This document shows positions 39,961 through 49,940 of a stretch of DNA of 64,000 nucleotides, one piece after another (positions within the stretch are counted from its first letter, which is position 1; each line of letters begins with the position of its first letter). The position numbers and the translations under genes were made by a program. Source of the DNA: Armatimonadota bacterium. Lineage in GTDB: Bacteria; Armatimonadota; UBA5829; DSUL01. The DNA lies in assembly GCA_052033935.1 (NCBI GenBank), contig JBPOJE010000011.1:2909-66908 (forward strand). The letters are read 5' to 3'. The notes below the pieces were generated by a model that did not search any database, was not told where the DNA came from, and was given only the letters and a program-made list of their open reading frames with translations.

Positions 39961-40929
39961 TCAGTGATTGCCTCGCGCTTCGCGGGCTGCATCCAGCAGG
40001 CTGCGCGGAAGCGCGAACTGGACGTCCTCGGTAACGCCGGGGAGCGTCGCGACCGACGTTGCGCCCAGCGCCCGGAGCCGGTTGACTGTTTCGTGAACCA
40101 GAGCTTCGGGCGTTGAGGCGCCAGCGGTGATTCCCACACACGCCGCCCCTTCCAGCCAGTCCGGATTGATCTCAGCCGCGTTGTCAACGCGGTAGCCCTT
40201 CGCCCCCTGCCGGATGGCAACCTCACACAGGCGCACGGAGTTGGAGCTGTTGGCCGACCCGAGCACCAGAATGACGTCCGCCTTCCGCGCGAGGTCTTTG
40301 ACCGCGTTCTGGCGGTGTTGGGTCGCGAAACAGATGTCGTCTTTCGGCGGAGCGATGATTCCGGGGAAGCGTTCCTTGAGGACAGCGACGATCTCGGCGG
40401 TCTCGTCCACGCTGAGCGTGGTCTGGGTGAGGTAGGCTAGGCGCTGGGTACACGGAGGGTTGACGAGGGCGGCTTCGGCGGCTGACCCGACGAGCACGAC
40501 CTTGTCCGGCGCTTCGCCCATGGTGCCGACGACCTCGTCGTGGCCCGCGTGGCCGATTAGAATGATGTCGTACCCGTCTCTGGCAAGCCGCAGGACTTCG
40601 CGATGGACTTTCGTGACCAGCGGGCAGGTTGCGTCAATGATGCGCAGGCTGCGCGAGCGCGCTTCTTCGCGAACAGACGGAGCCACCCCGTGCGCGCTGA
40701 AGACGACCACGGACTCCGGCGGGACCTCGTCGAGAGACTCCACGAAGATGACTCCCCTTTGCTCAAAACTCTCGACGACATAGCGGTTGTGGACGATCTG
40801 CTTGCGCACGTGCACAGGGGGGCGATACACATCGAGAACGATGTCCACGATCTCGATGGCACGCTCGACCCCCGCACAGAAGCCGCGCGGGGTGGCAAGC
40901 AAGACTGTGAAGCAGCGGTTATCGACCAT
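39961..40929 (-). CDS. ispH: 4-hydroxy-3-methylbut-2-enyl diphosphate reductase
   Basis: PRGFCAGV, IVHN, FSAHG, DATCPLV, GHDEV, QTT, DICFATQ.RQ, SSNS, TAGASTP. Confidence 0.97.
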   Translation of the reverse strand: MVDNRCFTVLLATPRGFCAGVERAIEIVDIVLDVYRPPVHVRKQIVHNRYVVESFEQRGVIFVESLDEVPPESVVVFSAHGVAPSVREEARSRSLRIIDATCPLVTKVHREVLRLARDGYDIILIGHAGHDEVVGTMGEAPDKVVLVGSAAEAALVNPPCTQRLAYLTQTTLSVDETAEIVAVLKERFPGIIAPPKDDICFATQHRQNAVKDLARKADVILVLGSANSSNSVRLCEVAIRQGAKGYRVDNAAEINPDWLEGAACVGITAGASTPEALVHETVNRLRALGATSVATLPGVTEDVQFALPRSLLDAAREARGNH

Positions 40930-40986
40930 CTGAACAATGCCTTCGCGGGCGACGCGCCCCGGGATTAGTCAGAGGATAGCACAGTT

Positions 40987-41826
40987 TCAGCGCGTCTTTC
41001 GCGCGATGGCGATCATCTGGATGGATGTTTCGTCAGCCTCGTCTCCCTCGTAGTCGCCGAGCAGCCTTTCGAGAACAAAGCCCTCAGTTTCGAGAAGCAG
41101 CCGAAGCTCGCCGGGGTGCAGCCAGGAGTAGGTCCACTCCTGCACGTAGATCTCCGGCGGCTCTGCCTGACGAAACACGATTGTGAACGCGTTGACGTGG
41201 CTGCGCCCCTCGAAGTGGTCGTCGCGCGACTGGGCACCGTAGAGAAGCAGCCGGCCGGACTCCGGATCGGCCAGCGAGGTCAGGTAGGGCTCCTCCGCAC
41301 TCGGATTGGGCTTCGGCACAAAGACGTCCAGCCACAGGCGACCGCCGCCAGCGAGGTTCTCGCGAACGGCCGCGAGCGCCTCGCGCTGAACACCGAGCGA
41401 CCCCAGATAGAGGAACGTGTTCGTGGAGCAGACGGCGAGGCGCGCGGGAGCGGGAAGCCGGAATGAGCGAAGGTCGGCGTGAATCTGAGTCAGGCGCTTC
41501 TCCGCGCCGCCGCCGAGGCCGCGCGCCTTCAGCGAGAGCATCTCCTGCATGCGCGGGTCGCTGTCGAGGGCGATCACTTCGTGCCCCGCCCGCAGCAGGG
41601 GAATGGTGAGACGCCCGGTGCCCGAGCCGAGATCGAGAACCGACCCGCCAGTCTCCTCCGCGAGGCGCAGAATGTGCGGGATATCGTCTTCGAAATCGCC
41701 CTCCATCAGGTCGTAAACTTCCGGCACCCATCCCCCAAAGCCGCGGCGGATGTGGGCGAAGCCGGACTCTGCGAGGTCGAAGAACACGTCGAAGAACTCG
41801 GGGTTTACGGGCGTACTGGGGGTCAT
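40987..41826 (-). CDS. Class I SAM-dependent methyltransferase
   Basis: VLDLGSGTGR, ALDSD, ADLRSF, LAGGGRLWLD. Confidence 0.88.
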   Translation of the reverse strand: MTPSTPVNPEFFDVFFDLAESGFAHIRRGFGGWVPEVYDLMEGDFEDDIPHILRLAEETGGSVLDLGSGTGRLTIPLLRAGHEVIALDSDPRMQEMLSLKARGLGGGAEKRLTQIHADLRSFRLPAPARLAVCSTNTFLYLGSLGVQREALAAVRENLAGGGRLWLDVFVPKPNPSAEEPYLTSLADPESGRLLLYGAQSRDDHFEGRSHVNAFTIVFRQAEPPEIYVQEWTYSWLHPGELRLLLETEGFVLERLLGDYEGDEADETSIQMIAIARKTR

Positions 41827-44042
41827 CGGGCGCCCTCCAGAAACTCCACGACAAGAATGTCGTAGAGGTCGAGGCGAGGAAGAAGTATGTCGGCGCCGTT
41901 TTCGTTGATGTCCGCACTCAGCCCCGCTGCCCCGCGAAGGGAGCGGACCGAGCGGATTCCGGCCTTCTCGACGCGAATGCGCAGGTCGTGGACGGGAATG
42001 GTGTGATACATCGGGCGCTGCATGTCGCCGGTGTTGTTGACGAGATGGATCAGCAAGCGCGGCGGATGGCTCTGCTCGCGGACTTCCATCTGCACCGTGG
42101 GAGACGCGGACACGGTGACATCAAACGGCTTCTGGCATGCCCAGCGCACAGCCGAGGACATCAGCGACTGGTACTCCCGCATCTTGAAGCGCGCAAGGAA
42201 CTCGGCGGTCAGGCCGGGGAAGAAGACCGTGCGTCCGGCCCCGGATGCGCGGGTGATCAGAGCGGGATGGCGAGAGTCGTCCTTTGGCGCGGCATAGAGG
42301 CGGCCGGTGGGCTCCAAAAACACGGCGGGTGCCTCCGTCCCCGGCGAGACCGCGACCTTCAGGCTGTACGGAGGGCGGGCGATCAACTGGCCCGTGGCGA
42401 AACCGCCCGTGACTGCATGGGCGCCGGTGACGCGGACATACTCCTCGCCGTAGGCGGGCGGCATTGCGCCCTCAACGGCGGCAACCCCGAAAAGGTCCGC
42501 AAGCGGACTCATCCCGCGACTGCGGCCGCGCTCGTCATAGCAGCCGGCCTCGAACTCCGCGACAAGACCGCAGCCGGACTGAACAAACCGCCGGATCGCG
42601 AGGGCCTGATCGCCAGACAGGCAGGCGGCATTGCCGATGATGAGCACGTCGTAAGCCGCCAGCCCTTCGTCCGTGAGGCTGCTGTCGAGGACGACATCGA
42701 ACGGGATGTGCTCGCGCGTGAGGGCGTTGAACCAGCCCAGGTAGCTGTTGCCGCAGATTCCGTCGCAGATCTCCTTGCGGCGGCGCAGATCCTGCGGCGC
42801 GGGTCCGGAGCGGGAGGACGCGATGAGGTCGCGCTCTTCGACTGCTCCCTGCTGGCCATAAATTTCCGCAAACTCCGAGATGTAATACGTCGCGGTCTGG
42901 CGCGAATAGAGAAGCGCCACCTTCGCCGTGGAGCGCGCGCCCGTGAAGAACTCCTCGTGCTCCTCGATGAACGTGCTGACATCGTGCACCCCCTGCACCG
43001 CGAGATCGCGGCTGTGGTCGAGCGCGTAGTCGAACACCGCGAACCACGGGTTTGCGCCGCAAGCGGTTGTCTGGGCAATGGCGAGAGCGGTTTCGACGGG
43101 CGGCAGCGGAATGTAATGCCACGACCCAAGCGCATGGTGGCTGAAGACGACGGAGGGCTTATGGCCGGCCATCAGGTGCTTCGCGGCCGTCGCCCAGAAG
43201 AACAGCGGCCGGTCGTCCTGCCCCGGATGAAAGAACGCCTCCGCGCCGTTGAAGTCCTGGTGCTGGCCGACTTTCTCGATGTCGCGCGCAACGCGCCACA
43301 CCCCGGCGTGCCAGCTTCCCGCGTTGAGAAACACCACCGCGTCCGGGTTCACCTCGCGCGCCGCCGAGCGGCAGTCCGCCAGAAACGCGGCTATGGACTC
43401 CTCGCGGAACTCGACGAAGTCCTTCCAGAGTTCGTTGCCCCAATCTTCTTCGGGCGGAATGGGGCTGCCCGTGCGTTCGAGAAACTGAGACCGGCAACTT
43501 TGGCAGTGGCAGCAGCCGGGGAAGACGACTGGGCCATCGAGGAACACCCCGTCTATGCCCGTGTGCATGGCCTCGGCAACCATCTCGCAGGCCCAGTTAC
43601 GCCACGGCGAGTTGACGCAAAAGGTGGTTCCGCCACCGTAGAGCGGATTCACGCGGCCATACGGCTCTCCGCTGGCTGTGACCTGCTCCCAGTCCGGATG
43701 GCCTGCCGCGAAATCGTACGAGAACCAGTGCATATTCAGATACGCGAGCACCCGGATCCCATGCTTTCGGGCGTGTGGCAGGTAGGCGCGGACCAGGTCG
43801 AAGTCTCCCAGAGGAGCGTACTTCTCGAACTTCGGGGTGTTGAACGTCGTCAGATGCCCCAACCCGGGCGCGATGCCGGGCGTGCCGATGACCCACTCGC
43901 AGTTGATATGCCAGTCTTCGCGCTTGCTCCGCGCGAGGGTGTCGAGGTCTTCACCGCGCATGCGAGCGAGCCGGTCAACGTAATCGAGCCGCATCATGCG
44001 CACGGGCCGTTCGTGCCAGAGGATTGCTTTCGAATCGTGCAT
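41823..44042 (-). CDS. Glycoside hydrolase-like protein (GHL6-type TIM barrel plus GH42-like trimerisation/GATase-like domain)
   Basis: G..VLAY, FCVNSPW, DGVFLDG, CHCQSC, VALLYS, EHIPFDVV, YDVLII.NAACLS. Start taken at ATG 44042. Confidence 0.75.
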   Translation of the reverse strand: MHDSKAILWHERPVRMMRLDYVDRLARMRGEDLDTLARSKREDWHINCEWVIGTPGIAPGLGHLTTFNTPKFEKYAPLGDFDLVRAYLPHARKHGIRVLAYLNMHWFSYDFAAGHPDWEQVTASGEPYGRVNPLYGGGTTFCVNSPWRNWACEMVAEAMHTGIDGVFLDGPVVFPGCCHCQSCRSQFLERTGSPIPPEEDWGNELWKDFVEFREESIAAFLADCRSAAREVNPDAVVFLNAGSWHAGVWRVARDIEKVGQHQDFNGAEAFFHPGQDDRPLFFWATAAKHLMAGHKPSVVFSHHALGSWHYIPLPPVETALAIAQTTACGANPWFAVFDYALDHSRDLAVQGVHDVSTFIEEHEEFFTGARSTAKVALLYSRQTATYYISEFAEIYGQQGAVEERDLIASSRSGPAPQDLRRRKEICDGICGNSYLGWFNALTREHIPFDVVLDSSLTDEGLAAYDVLIIGNAACLSGDQALAIRRFVQSGCGLVAEFEAGCYDERGRSRGMSPLADLFGVAAVEGAMPPAYGEEYVRVTGAHAVTGGFATGQLIARPPYSLKVAVSPGTEAPAVFLEPTGRLYAAPKDDSRHPALITRASGAGRTVFFPGLTAEFLARFKMREYQSLMSSAVRWACQKPFDVTVSASPTVQMEVREQSHPPRLLIHLVNNTGDMQRPMYHTIPVHDLRIRVEKAGIRSVRSLRGAAGLSADINENGADILLPRLDLYDILVVEFLEGAR

Positions 44043-44089
44043 AGTACCAGCTAGTTCCCCATCCAGCGCGGTTTCGCCTGCGGCGGAAG

Positions 44090-44986
44090 TCAATCGGAGC
44101 CGTTCGCCTGCTGGCGGCCGACAAGAGACAGCACGACGGACGCTAGCACAAAGACGCCTCCAACCGCCGTTCCACGCGAGGGCATTTCGCCCACGAACAG
44201 CGCCACCCAGAGTGGATTCAGAACGGGCTCGATGAGCGTGATGAGACTCGCGGTGAGGGCACGGGTGGTGCGCAGCCCACGCTGATAGCACCAGTAGCCG
44301 CCCGCAAGCTGCCCCACCCCGAGCCAGATGAGCACCAGCCAGGCAAGCGCCGGGTCGTACCCCGGCATTCCCACCTGACCGGCACTGCGGATGAGGAACG
44401 GCAGCCCGATGACGGACGCCAGCACGTTGCCGTGAAACAGCGAGATGACGGGCGCGGACTCCCGGGCAGGCCCGAGCGCCATTTCACGCAAGAACAGCGT
44501 CACCAGCGCGTATCCGAGGCCCGAAGCGAGCGCCATCATGTCGCCGATGAGCTTCGTGCCCCACGAGCCATTGGCGGCAAACAGGCTGAGGCTCTCGCCC
44601 ATGCACAACAACACCCCCACCACCCCCAGCGCTACCGCGAGAATCTCGCTTGCGCGGGGACGCTCGCCCAGTACCAGCCATCCAAGAACAGCGATCCAGA
44701 TGAGGGAGGTGTACTGCAGAATGATGGCGTTAGCGGCCGTCGTGAACCCGATGGATGCGACGTACAGGCTGACGCAGGCGCAATACGCGGCCGCGCCCGC
44801 CCACGGCCACACGCCCGACCCGCGCGGTGGCATCACGCGCCCCTTCAACAGGAAGAAGAAGAACGCCGCACTGATTGCCGAGCGCCCACCGCTGACAGCC
44901 AGCGGCGGAAAACCGCTGAGGGTCTTGATGCCCGCGCCGCCCGTGCTCCACAGCAGGCCTGCCAGCAGAAGGAACGCTATGCCCAC
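44090..44986 (-). CDS. EamA/DMT family transporter
   Basis: About 10 TM helices; TTAANAIILQYT, ASLITLIEPVLNPLWV..F.GE.P. Confidence 0.9.
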   Translation of the reverse strand: MGIAFLLLAGLLWSTGGAGIKTLSGFPPLAVSGGRSAISAAFFFFLLKGRVMPPRGSGVWPWAGAAAYCACVSLYVASIGFTTAANAIILQYTSLIWIAVLGWLVLGERPRASEILAVALGVVGVLLCMGESLSLFAANGSWGTKLIGDMMALASGLGYALVTLFLREMALGPARESAPVISLFHGNVLASVIGLPFLIRSAGQVGMPGYDPALAWLVLIWLGVGQLAGGYWCYQRGLRTTRALTASLITLIEPVLNPLWVALFVGEMPSRGTAVGGVFVLASVVLSLVGRQQANGSD

Positions 44987-45208
44987 CGCGGACTGACGCG
45001 GCGTGACAGTGGATGTGTTTGAAGTCTGGTCAGTAACGTCCGTGTCCCCCGATCATTGCGCCCTGATGATACGCCAAACAGCCACCGAATTGCAGGGTGT
45101 GGGGTGACATTGCGCCAGGACGGAGGCCCTGGCAGCGCATTGACGGGCGAGGCGGACGGGAGATATAGTCAGACGGCGTCTTGGTGGAAAGCGATCGGGG
45201 GACCGCAG

Positions 45209-45688
45209 ATGTCTGAGAGCAGTACGAAGAAGTGGATAGCTGTTGCGCGTATTCTGACCGGGGCGCTCCTGATTCATATGGCGCTGCCAAAGTTTTCGTC
45301 CGCCTATCTGGAGGGATTTCCGAACCTGCTTAACTCGTGGGTGAACGGCAACCCGTTTCCGTGGTACAAGTCGTTTCTGCAGACGGTTGGCGGGCAGCAC
45401 GATCAGACGCTCGCGATGGCGCTTGCGGCCTGCGAGATGCTGGCGGGAGTGGGGCTGCTGCTCGGGTTTCTGGCCGGGCTGGCCGCCATTCTCGGCTTTG
45501 CCGTGACCCTGAACCATCTTCTGGCGACCTCACACCTGGCCGCCGGATCGCTTCCCTTCACAGCGCCCGCGTGGGAGACCCCGAACGTCTATCTGCTGAT
45601 TCTGCTGGCGCTGTTGTTCGTCGCGAAGTCGGGCCGGACGTGGGGCCTCGCTGCGCGGCAGGGATCTTCGAAGAGCATCCTCTGGTGA
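45209..45688 (+). CDS. DoxX family membrane protein (ATG 45209)
   Basis: ARILTGALLI....PKF, EMLAGVGLLLGF...LAA; four TM helices; TTGACG-N18-TATAGT promoter-like element upstream. Confidence 0.8.
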   Translation: MSESSTKKWIAVARILTGALLIHMALPKFSSAYLEGFPNLLNSWVNGNPFPWYKSFLQTVGGQHDQTLAMALAACEMLAGVGLLLGFLAGLAAILGFAVTLNHLLATSHLAAGSLPFTAPAWETPNVYLLILLALLFVAKSGRTWGLAARQGSSKSILW

Positions 45689-46179
45689 AACCGGCGAAGA
45701 TATGGCTAGTCAGCGCCATGGACTCGGCGACGGCGGAGCGCGCTCAGGCCGAGCAGACGGCTTCAAGGCTGTCAGGCGAGGCGGTGCGGCAAGTTTACGC
45801 GCTTTCCAGCCCGGCCGCCGAACAGACCGCCGCGATTCTGGCCGCCCCCCACGGTCTCGATGTGCGCACTCAGGACGGCAGTCCTGAGCCTGGCGAGGCC
45901 GCGTCCACCGAGGAGCTTCGCGCGGCGGCGGACAGGGCACGAGACGTTCTGGAGACAATCGCGCGCAGGACGTCCGGGCGCACGGCGATTGTCGTGACCT
46001 CACGCGCAGTCATTCAGCTTGTTGTCTGCGACCTGCTGGGGATGCCACTGGACCACCGCGAGCGGATCGGGCAGGATCCCTGCGCCGCGAATCTGCTGAT
46101 ACGGCAGGGCTACGGCTGGGTGATCGAGTCGGTGAACGACGATTGCCGCGTAGCCGAACCGCCCGAATCCGCGGACTGA
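45685..46179 (+). CDS. Histidine phosphatase-fold protein lacking catalytic residues (GTG 45685)
   Basis: QAEQTASRL...VYALSSP.AEQTA.IL, IVVTSRAVIQLVVCDLLGMPL...IGQDPCAANLL; RHG and second His absent. Confidence 0.65.
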   Translation: MKPAKIWLVSAMDSATAERAQAEQTASRLSGEAVRQVYALSSPAAEQTAAILAAPHGLDVRTQDGSPEPGEAASTEELRAAADRARDVLETIARRTSGRTAIVVTSRAVIQLVVCDLLGMPLDHRERIGQDPCAANLLIRQGYGWVIESVNDDCRVAEPPESAD

Positions 46180-46199
46180 CTTCGCGGCGCGGCTGCGCG

Positions 46200-48872
46200 T
46201 CACACCTCGAACAGCAGCGTCACAATCTCGCGTCCGCGCGCGGTGACGGACACCGCATCCCCGTCCAGAGCAAGCTCCGAGAGGCGCTCTTCGGCCATGT
46301 TCGACATCCAGGCCCGCTTTGCCCCGCGCACGATCACCCGTCCGGTGACCTCCTCCGGCAGGATGTTGAAGAAGCGCACGGCAATGCCCTTGCCGTCCTC
46401 AGCGGCTTTGAAGGCGCTTAGCACGAAGCTGTCCGGCTCCAGCCCTGCGAACGATGCTGAGAGCGGAAGGCCTTTGGTGACAGGCTCGATGCTGCGCGTG
46501 CGGTTGAGGTCGCCAACCTGCATAGCTTGCAGGCGCACCTGATAGTTCAGCGCCTCTTTCCACACCTTCGCCTGCTTCCAGTCGCCCGCATGAGGCAGCA
46601 CCGCGTAACGCGCCGTCTGCGTCCCCAGGCACTGAGCGCCGGGAGTCGCCTGCTCGTAGGGAATCTCCCCACCGCCCGCCAGCACACCCACCGAGCGCAG
46701 CACGGTGACGCCAAGCGTCCGGTTGTCGTCGCCGTACAGCTCGTACTCGCGCAGGCCGTCCACAAGCACCGCCAGCCCGCGCTCGCCGTTTGAAATATCC
46801 ACCCAGCCGTCCATCGGATGGAACGTTGACGGTGGCGGGCTTGCCGGCCAGTCCGCCGGCAGATGCAGCGGACGCTCGATCGCATCGAACGCGCCTCCGG
46901 CCACGGACCCCACCGCCCCTTCGGCCTCGGTCGGGAACAGCGCCCGCAGGCGATGATCCTTTGCGCGGTTCTCGATGGTCAACTCGAGCTCGACCCGTCC
47001 GATGCCCCTGAAAGCCCGGGCAACGAGCCTCACCGGGCAGTCCACCGTGCGCTCCGAGCGCGATTTGCGGCAGGGATCGGCGGACTCGGGAAGCCGAAGC
47101 ACCGAGCGCGTCTCCATCGCGACCGACACCGGCCCCTCCACGAGGAAACGCTTCTCACCCGCGCCGCGGCTGAGGATGCGGATGTCACGATCGGGCTTGC
47201 GGTAGTTGTACTCGTCGCCGACGTCGCCCACGTCTTCGAGGCTCGAAAGGCAGCTCAGGAAGACCGCCTGCTCGTCCGAATGCAGCGCCAGGTCGTAGCC
47301 GAACGCCGCCCCGGGGCTGACATCGAGCGCGCCCGTTTCGGCGAAGAGAGCGTCGCGCTGCAGGGAGTTTATCGGAGGCCCGAAACAGGGCATGCGCTCG
47401 GCGCGGCGCAGGCGAAACACGCTGTAGCCGCAGGCGGGGATCTCCGGCACCACAAACTCGACAGTGAACCGGCGCACCCACTGCACCATCGGCAGCTTCT
47501 CTGGGTGCGAAACCCCGCGCACAACCTTTTCGCTGGAGAGGAGGGTGTACGGCACGCTCGCGCCCTCGGGGTCGAGAATCTCGAGCGCCGGCCAGTCGGC
47601 GGTCGCGTCCTGCCCCGGAATCGCGCGGTCGGGCGGCCCGAGCGGGATTTCGATCTGTGCCTCCACAACGTCCGCACGCGCCCAGCCGAGCGTGTTGAAG
47701 ACGACGAGCGCCAGTCCGTCCACATCCACCTGTTCGGCGATGTGGCGCATGGCGCGGTCGCGCAGCGCGCCACCGAGTTGCTCGATCTTCGTAAAGCGCG
47801 TCATCATCTCGTCGTGCACCTCGTCGAGCGAGCAGCCGCAGATGGAGTCGTGCGGGTGGTTCTCGAGCAGCAGCTTCCAGGCATAATCGAGTTCGCCGGC
47901 GGGATAGGCAACCCCTTGCGTACTGGCCACGGCCGCCAGCGGCTCAGCGAACTTCTCCAGCACGCGCATGGACCGCTCGTTCGCCTGTTTGAGATATACC
48001 CGCGCCGAGAGAACGCCCGCGAGGATGCTTGCCCAGCGATCCTCTCGCAGCTCGCCGGTGAACGGTTCCAGCGCGAGCTTGCCTTCTTCGCGCTCCTTGC
48101 ACAGCGCCTCGATGTACTGCGGAAGCGTGCTGTGGACCATCCGGTCGGGCGCGATGGCGGGGTTGACGGCGGCCAGCGCCTTCGAAAGGTTGTACTGGGC
48201 TTCGCGGTGGTCCACGCCATTCATGAACAGCAGGTGCGACGAGACCGAGACGGGGGCCATCCGGTTCCGCAAGGCTTCGAACCAGGCCTTTCCGGCTTCG
48301 GCCTCCGCCGGGATATCCTGCGCGTTGTTGTACCAGAACCACATGAGGCTGGAAAGCACGCTCGATCCGTCCGGCGAGCGCCATTCGAACTCCATGTTCC
48401 GGCCATCCACCGCCTGCCACCCGCGACCGAAGATGCAGTTGTCTATGCCGAAGTTGCGCAGGATCTGCGGCATCTGCGACATGTTCCCGAACTGGTCGGG
48501 CAGGTATCCGACCTTCATGACCGGCCCGAACTGTGATACCACCCTGTGGCCGATGAGCAGGCTCCGGATGGTGGACTCGCCGCTGACGAGGAACTCGTCG
48601 TTCAGCACATACCAAGGGCCGATGGTGATGCGCCCCTCGCTGATAAGCGCTCGCAGGCGCTCCTCATTTTGAGGGCGGATGCGCAGGTAGTCCTCGAGCA
48701 CGATGCCCTGCCCGTCCAAGTTGAAGAACCGGAACTCCGGGTCGGACTCCATCAGGTCCAGAAGCCTGTCTATGAGATCCACAAGACGCAGGCGGAACAG
48801 TTCAAGCGGCTGGTACCATTCGCGGTCCCAGTGGGTATGCGAGATGACGTGGCAGGTATAGTTCTTATTCAT
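46200..48872 (-). CDS. Alpha-mannosidase, glycoside hydrolase family 38
   Basis: HVISHTHWDREWY, NLDGQ, GPWYVLNDEFLVSGES.IRSL, YLPDQFG, HPHDSICGCS.DEVH. Confidence 0.95.
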   Translation of the reverse strand: MNKNYTCHVISHTHWDREWYQPLELFRLRLVDLIDRLLDLMESDPEFRFFNLDGQGIVLEDYLRIRPQNEERLRALISEGRITIGPWYVLNDEFLVSGESTIRSLLIGHRVVSQFGPVMKVGYLPDQFGNMSQMPQILRNFGIDNCIFGRGWQAVDGRNMEFEWRSPDGSSVLSSLMWFWYNNAQDIPAEAEAGKAWFEALRNRMAPVSVSSHLLFMNGVDHREAQYNLSKALAAVNPAIAPDRMVHSTLPQYIEALCKEREEGKLALEPFTGELREDRWASILAGVLSARVYLKQANERSMRVLEKFAEPLAAVASTQGVAYPAGELDYAWKLLLENHPHDSICGCSLDEVHDEMMTRFTKIEQLGGALRDRAMRHIAEQVDVDGLALVVFNTLGWARADVVEAQIEIPLGPPDRAIPGQDATADWPALEILDPEGASVPYTLLSSEKVVRGVSHPEKLPMVQWVRRFTVEFVVPEIPACGYSVFRLRRAERMPCFGPPINSLQRDALFAETGALDVSPGAAFGYDLALHSDEQAVFLSCLSSLEDVGDVGDEYNYRKPDRDIRILSRGAGEKRFLVEGPVSVAMETRSVLRLPESADPCRKSRSERTVDCPVRLVARAFRGIGRVELELTIENRAKDHRLRALFPTEAEGAVGSVAGGAFDAIERPLHLPADWPASPPPSTFHPMDGWVDISNGERGLAVLVDGLREYELYGDDNRTLGVTVLRSVGVLAGGGEIPYEQATPGAQCLGTQTARYAVLPHAGDWKQAKVWKEALNYQVRLQAMQVGDLNRTRSIEPVTKGLPLSASFAGLEPDSFVLSAFKAAEDGKGIAVRFFNILPEEVTGRVIVRGAKRAWMSNMAEERLSELALDGDAVSVTARGREIVTLLFEV

Positions 48873-48906
48873 ATAAAGAGTCTCCGGAGAGTAGGATTCT
48901 GAGTTG

Positions 48907-49470
48907 TCAGTGCACGGGGAGAGACGGGTAAGCGATGTTCGAGGCAGCGGCAGCCGCCTCCTCGGGCGTCATGGTTGTAGCCGATTGGGCCATTACCGCG
49001 ATGATCTCTGACAGATGCTGCCAGCCCCAGAGGTCCTGAGTGAAGGCGATAACGCCGCGGGGAGTCTGGATGAGGCAGGTATTCCCGAGATGGCCGATGC
49101 CGGTGATCTCATCCCAGCGCAATTCAACAAACGTCGTGCAATCCTCGAACGACAGCCCGTTGCTTGTGGCCGTGAGCTTTTCGCCGCGTTCCCGGCAGTT
49201 GCGAACGCGCCGCAGTCTGCGCCAGCCCTCCACGATTCCCGCGACGCCGCCAAAGGCCACAATCCCGGCGAGCAGATAGGCCCACCACGGCGTGCCGCTC
49301 TTCTCAAACTCGTCCCAGGCCCAGAAGCGCAGAGCCACGTACAACGGCAGGTACACCGACCCGGCGATGATGGCTATGCTGCGGGCGATGTCTTTGACCG
49401 GCGTTCCACGGTAGCTGAACGAGCGTGGAAGTCCGCTGCCTGTTTCGGAATAGTCTTGCTTTCTGCCCAT
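48907..49470 (-). CDS. Hypothetical membrane protein (two TM helices plus soluble C-terminal domain)
   Basis: Start inferred at ATG 49470; hydrophobic segments IAIIAGSVYLPLYVAL and WWAYLLAGIVAFGGVAGIV. Confidence 0.6.
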   Translation of the reverse strand: MGRKQDYSETGSGLPRSFSYRGTPVKDIARSIAIIAGSVYLPLYVALRFWAWDEFEKSGTPWWAYLLAGIVAFGGVAGIVEGWRRLRRVRNCRERGEKLTATSNGLSFEDCTTFVELRWDEITGIGHLGNTCLIQTPRGVIAFTQDLWGWQHLSEIIAVMAQSATTMTPEEAAAAASNIAYPSLPVH

Positions 49471-49940
49471 TGCTGTGCCCTGGGCGGGCTTTCCGGCGCT
49501 GTTGACATCTACTCCACGGTGCCCCGACCATCCTGCCGGAAGCGACAGGTTTTGACTGACATATTCCGGGCCGCCAGACTGGAACCTGTTCTGAAAAGCA
49601 GAGCGCCGGAAAACAGAGACGCTCTCCCTGCCGGGAGGCTTGCGGAGCTGGCGGATAGCGCTCGATTTCTTTCTGAAACTGCTGCAGGGGGACTTCATTG
49701 TGGGCTGCCTGTGGCCGCTCGCGGGGCTCCTGCCGCGAATCCCCACCTATAGTTTTGTGCAGTAAGCCAAAAAAAGACAAAAAAGTGTTCCGGCCGCCGC
49801 TATTTGCGGTATCATTATAGGAGCAGATGTGTTTCCGGAGGGTAGGAGTGGCTTCATAGCCCCCAAAAGAGGAAGTGTCCGATAGGAGAAGCAGCGGGGA
49901 AGCGACGCCTGTAGGGTGCCCCGCTGAGAAGGAGAAAAGC

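Noticed and set aside
49785-49810. Possible sigma54 (-24/-12) promoter before the PEP-CTERM gene
   Set aside because: GG-to-GC spacing is two bases too long for the strict TGGCAC-N5-TTGC geometry.
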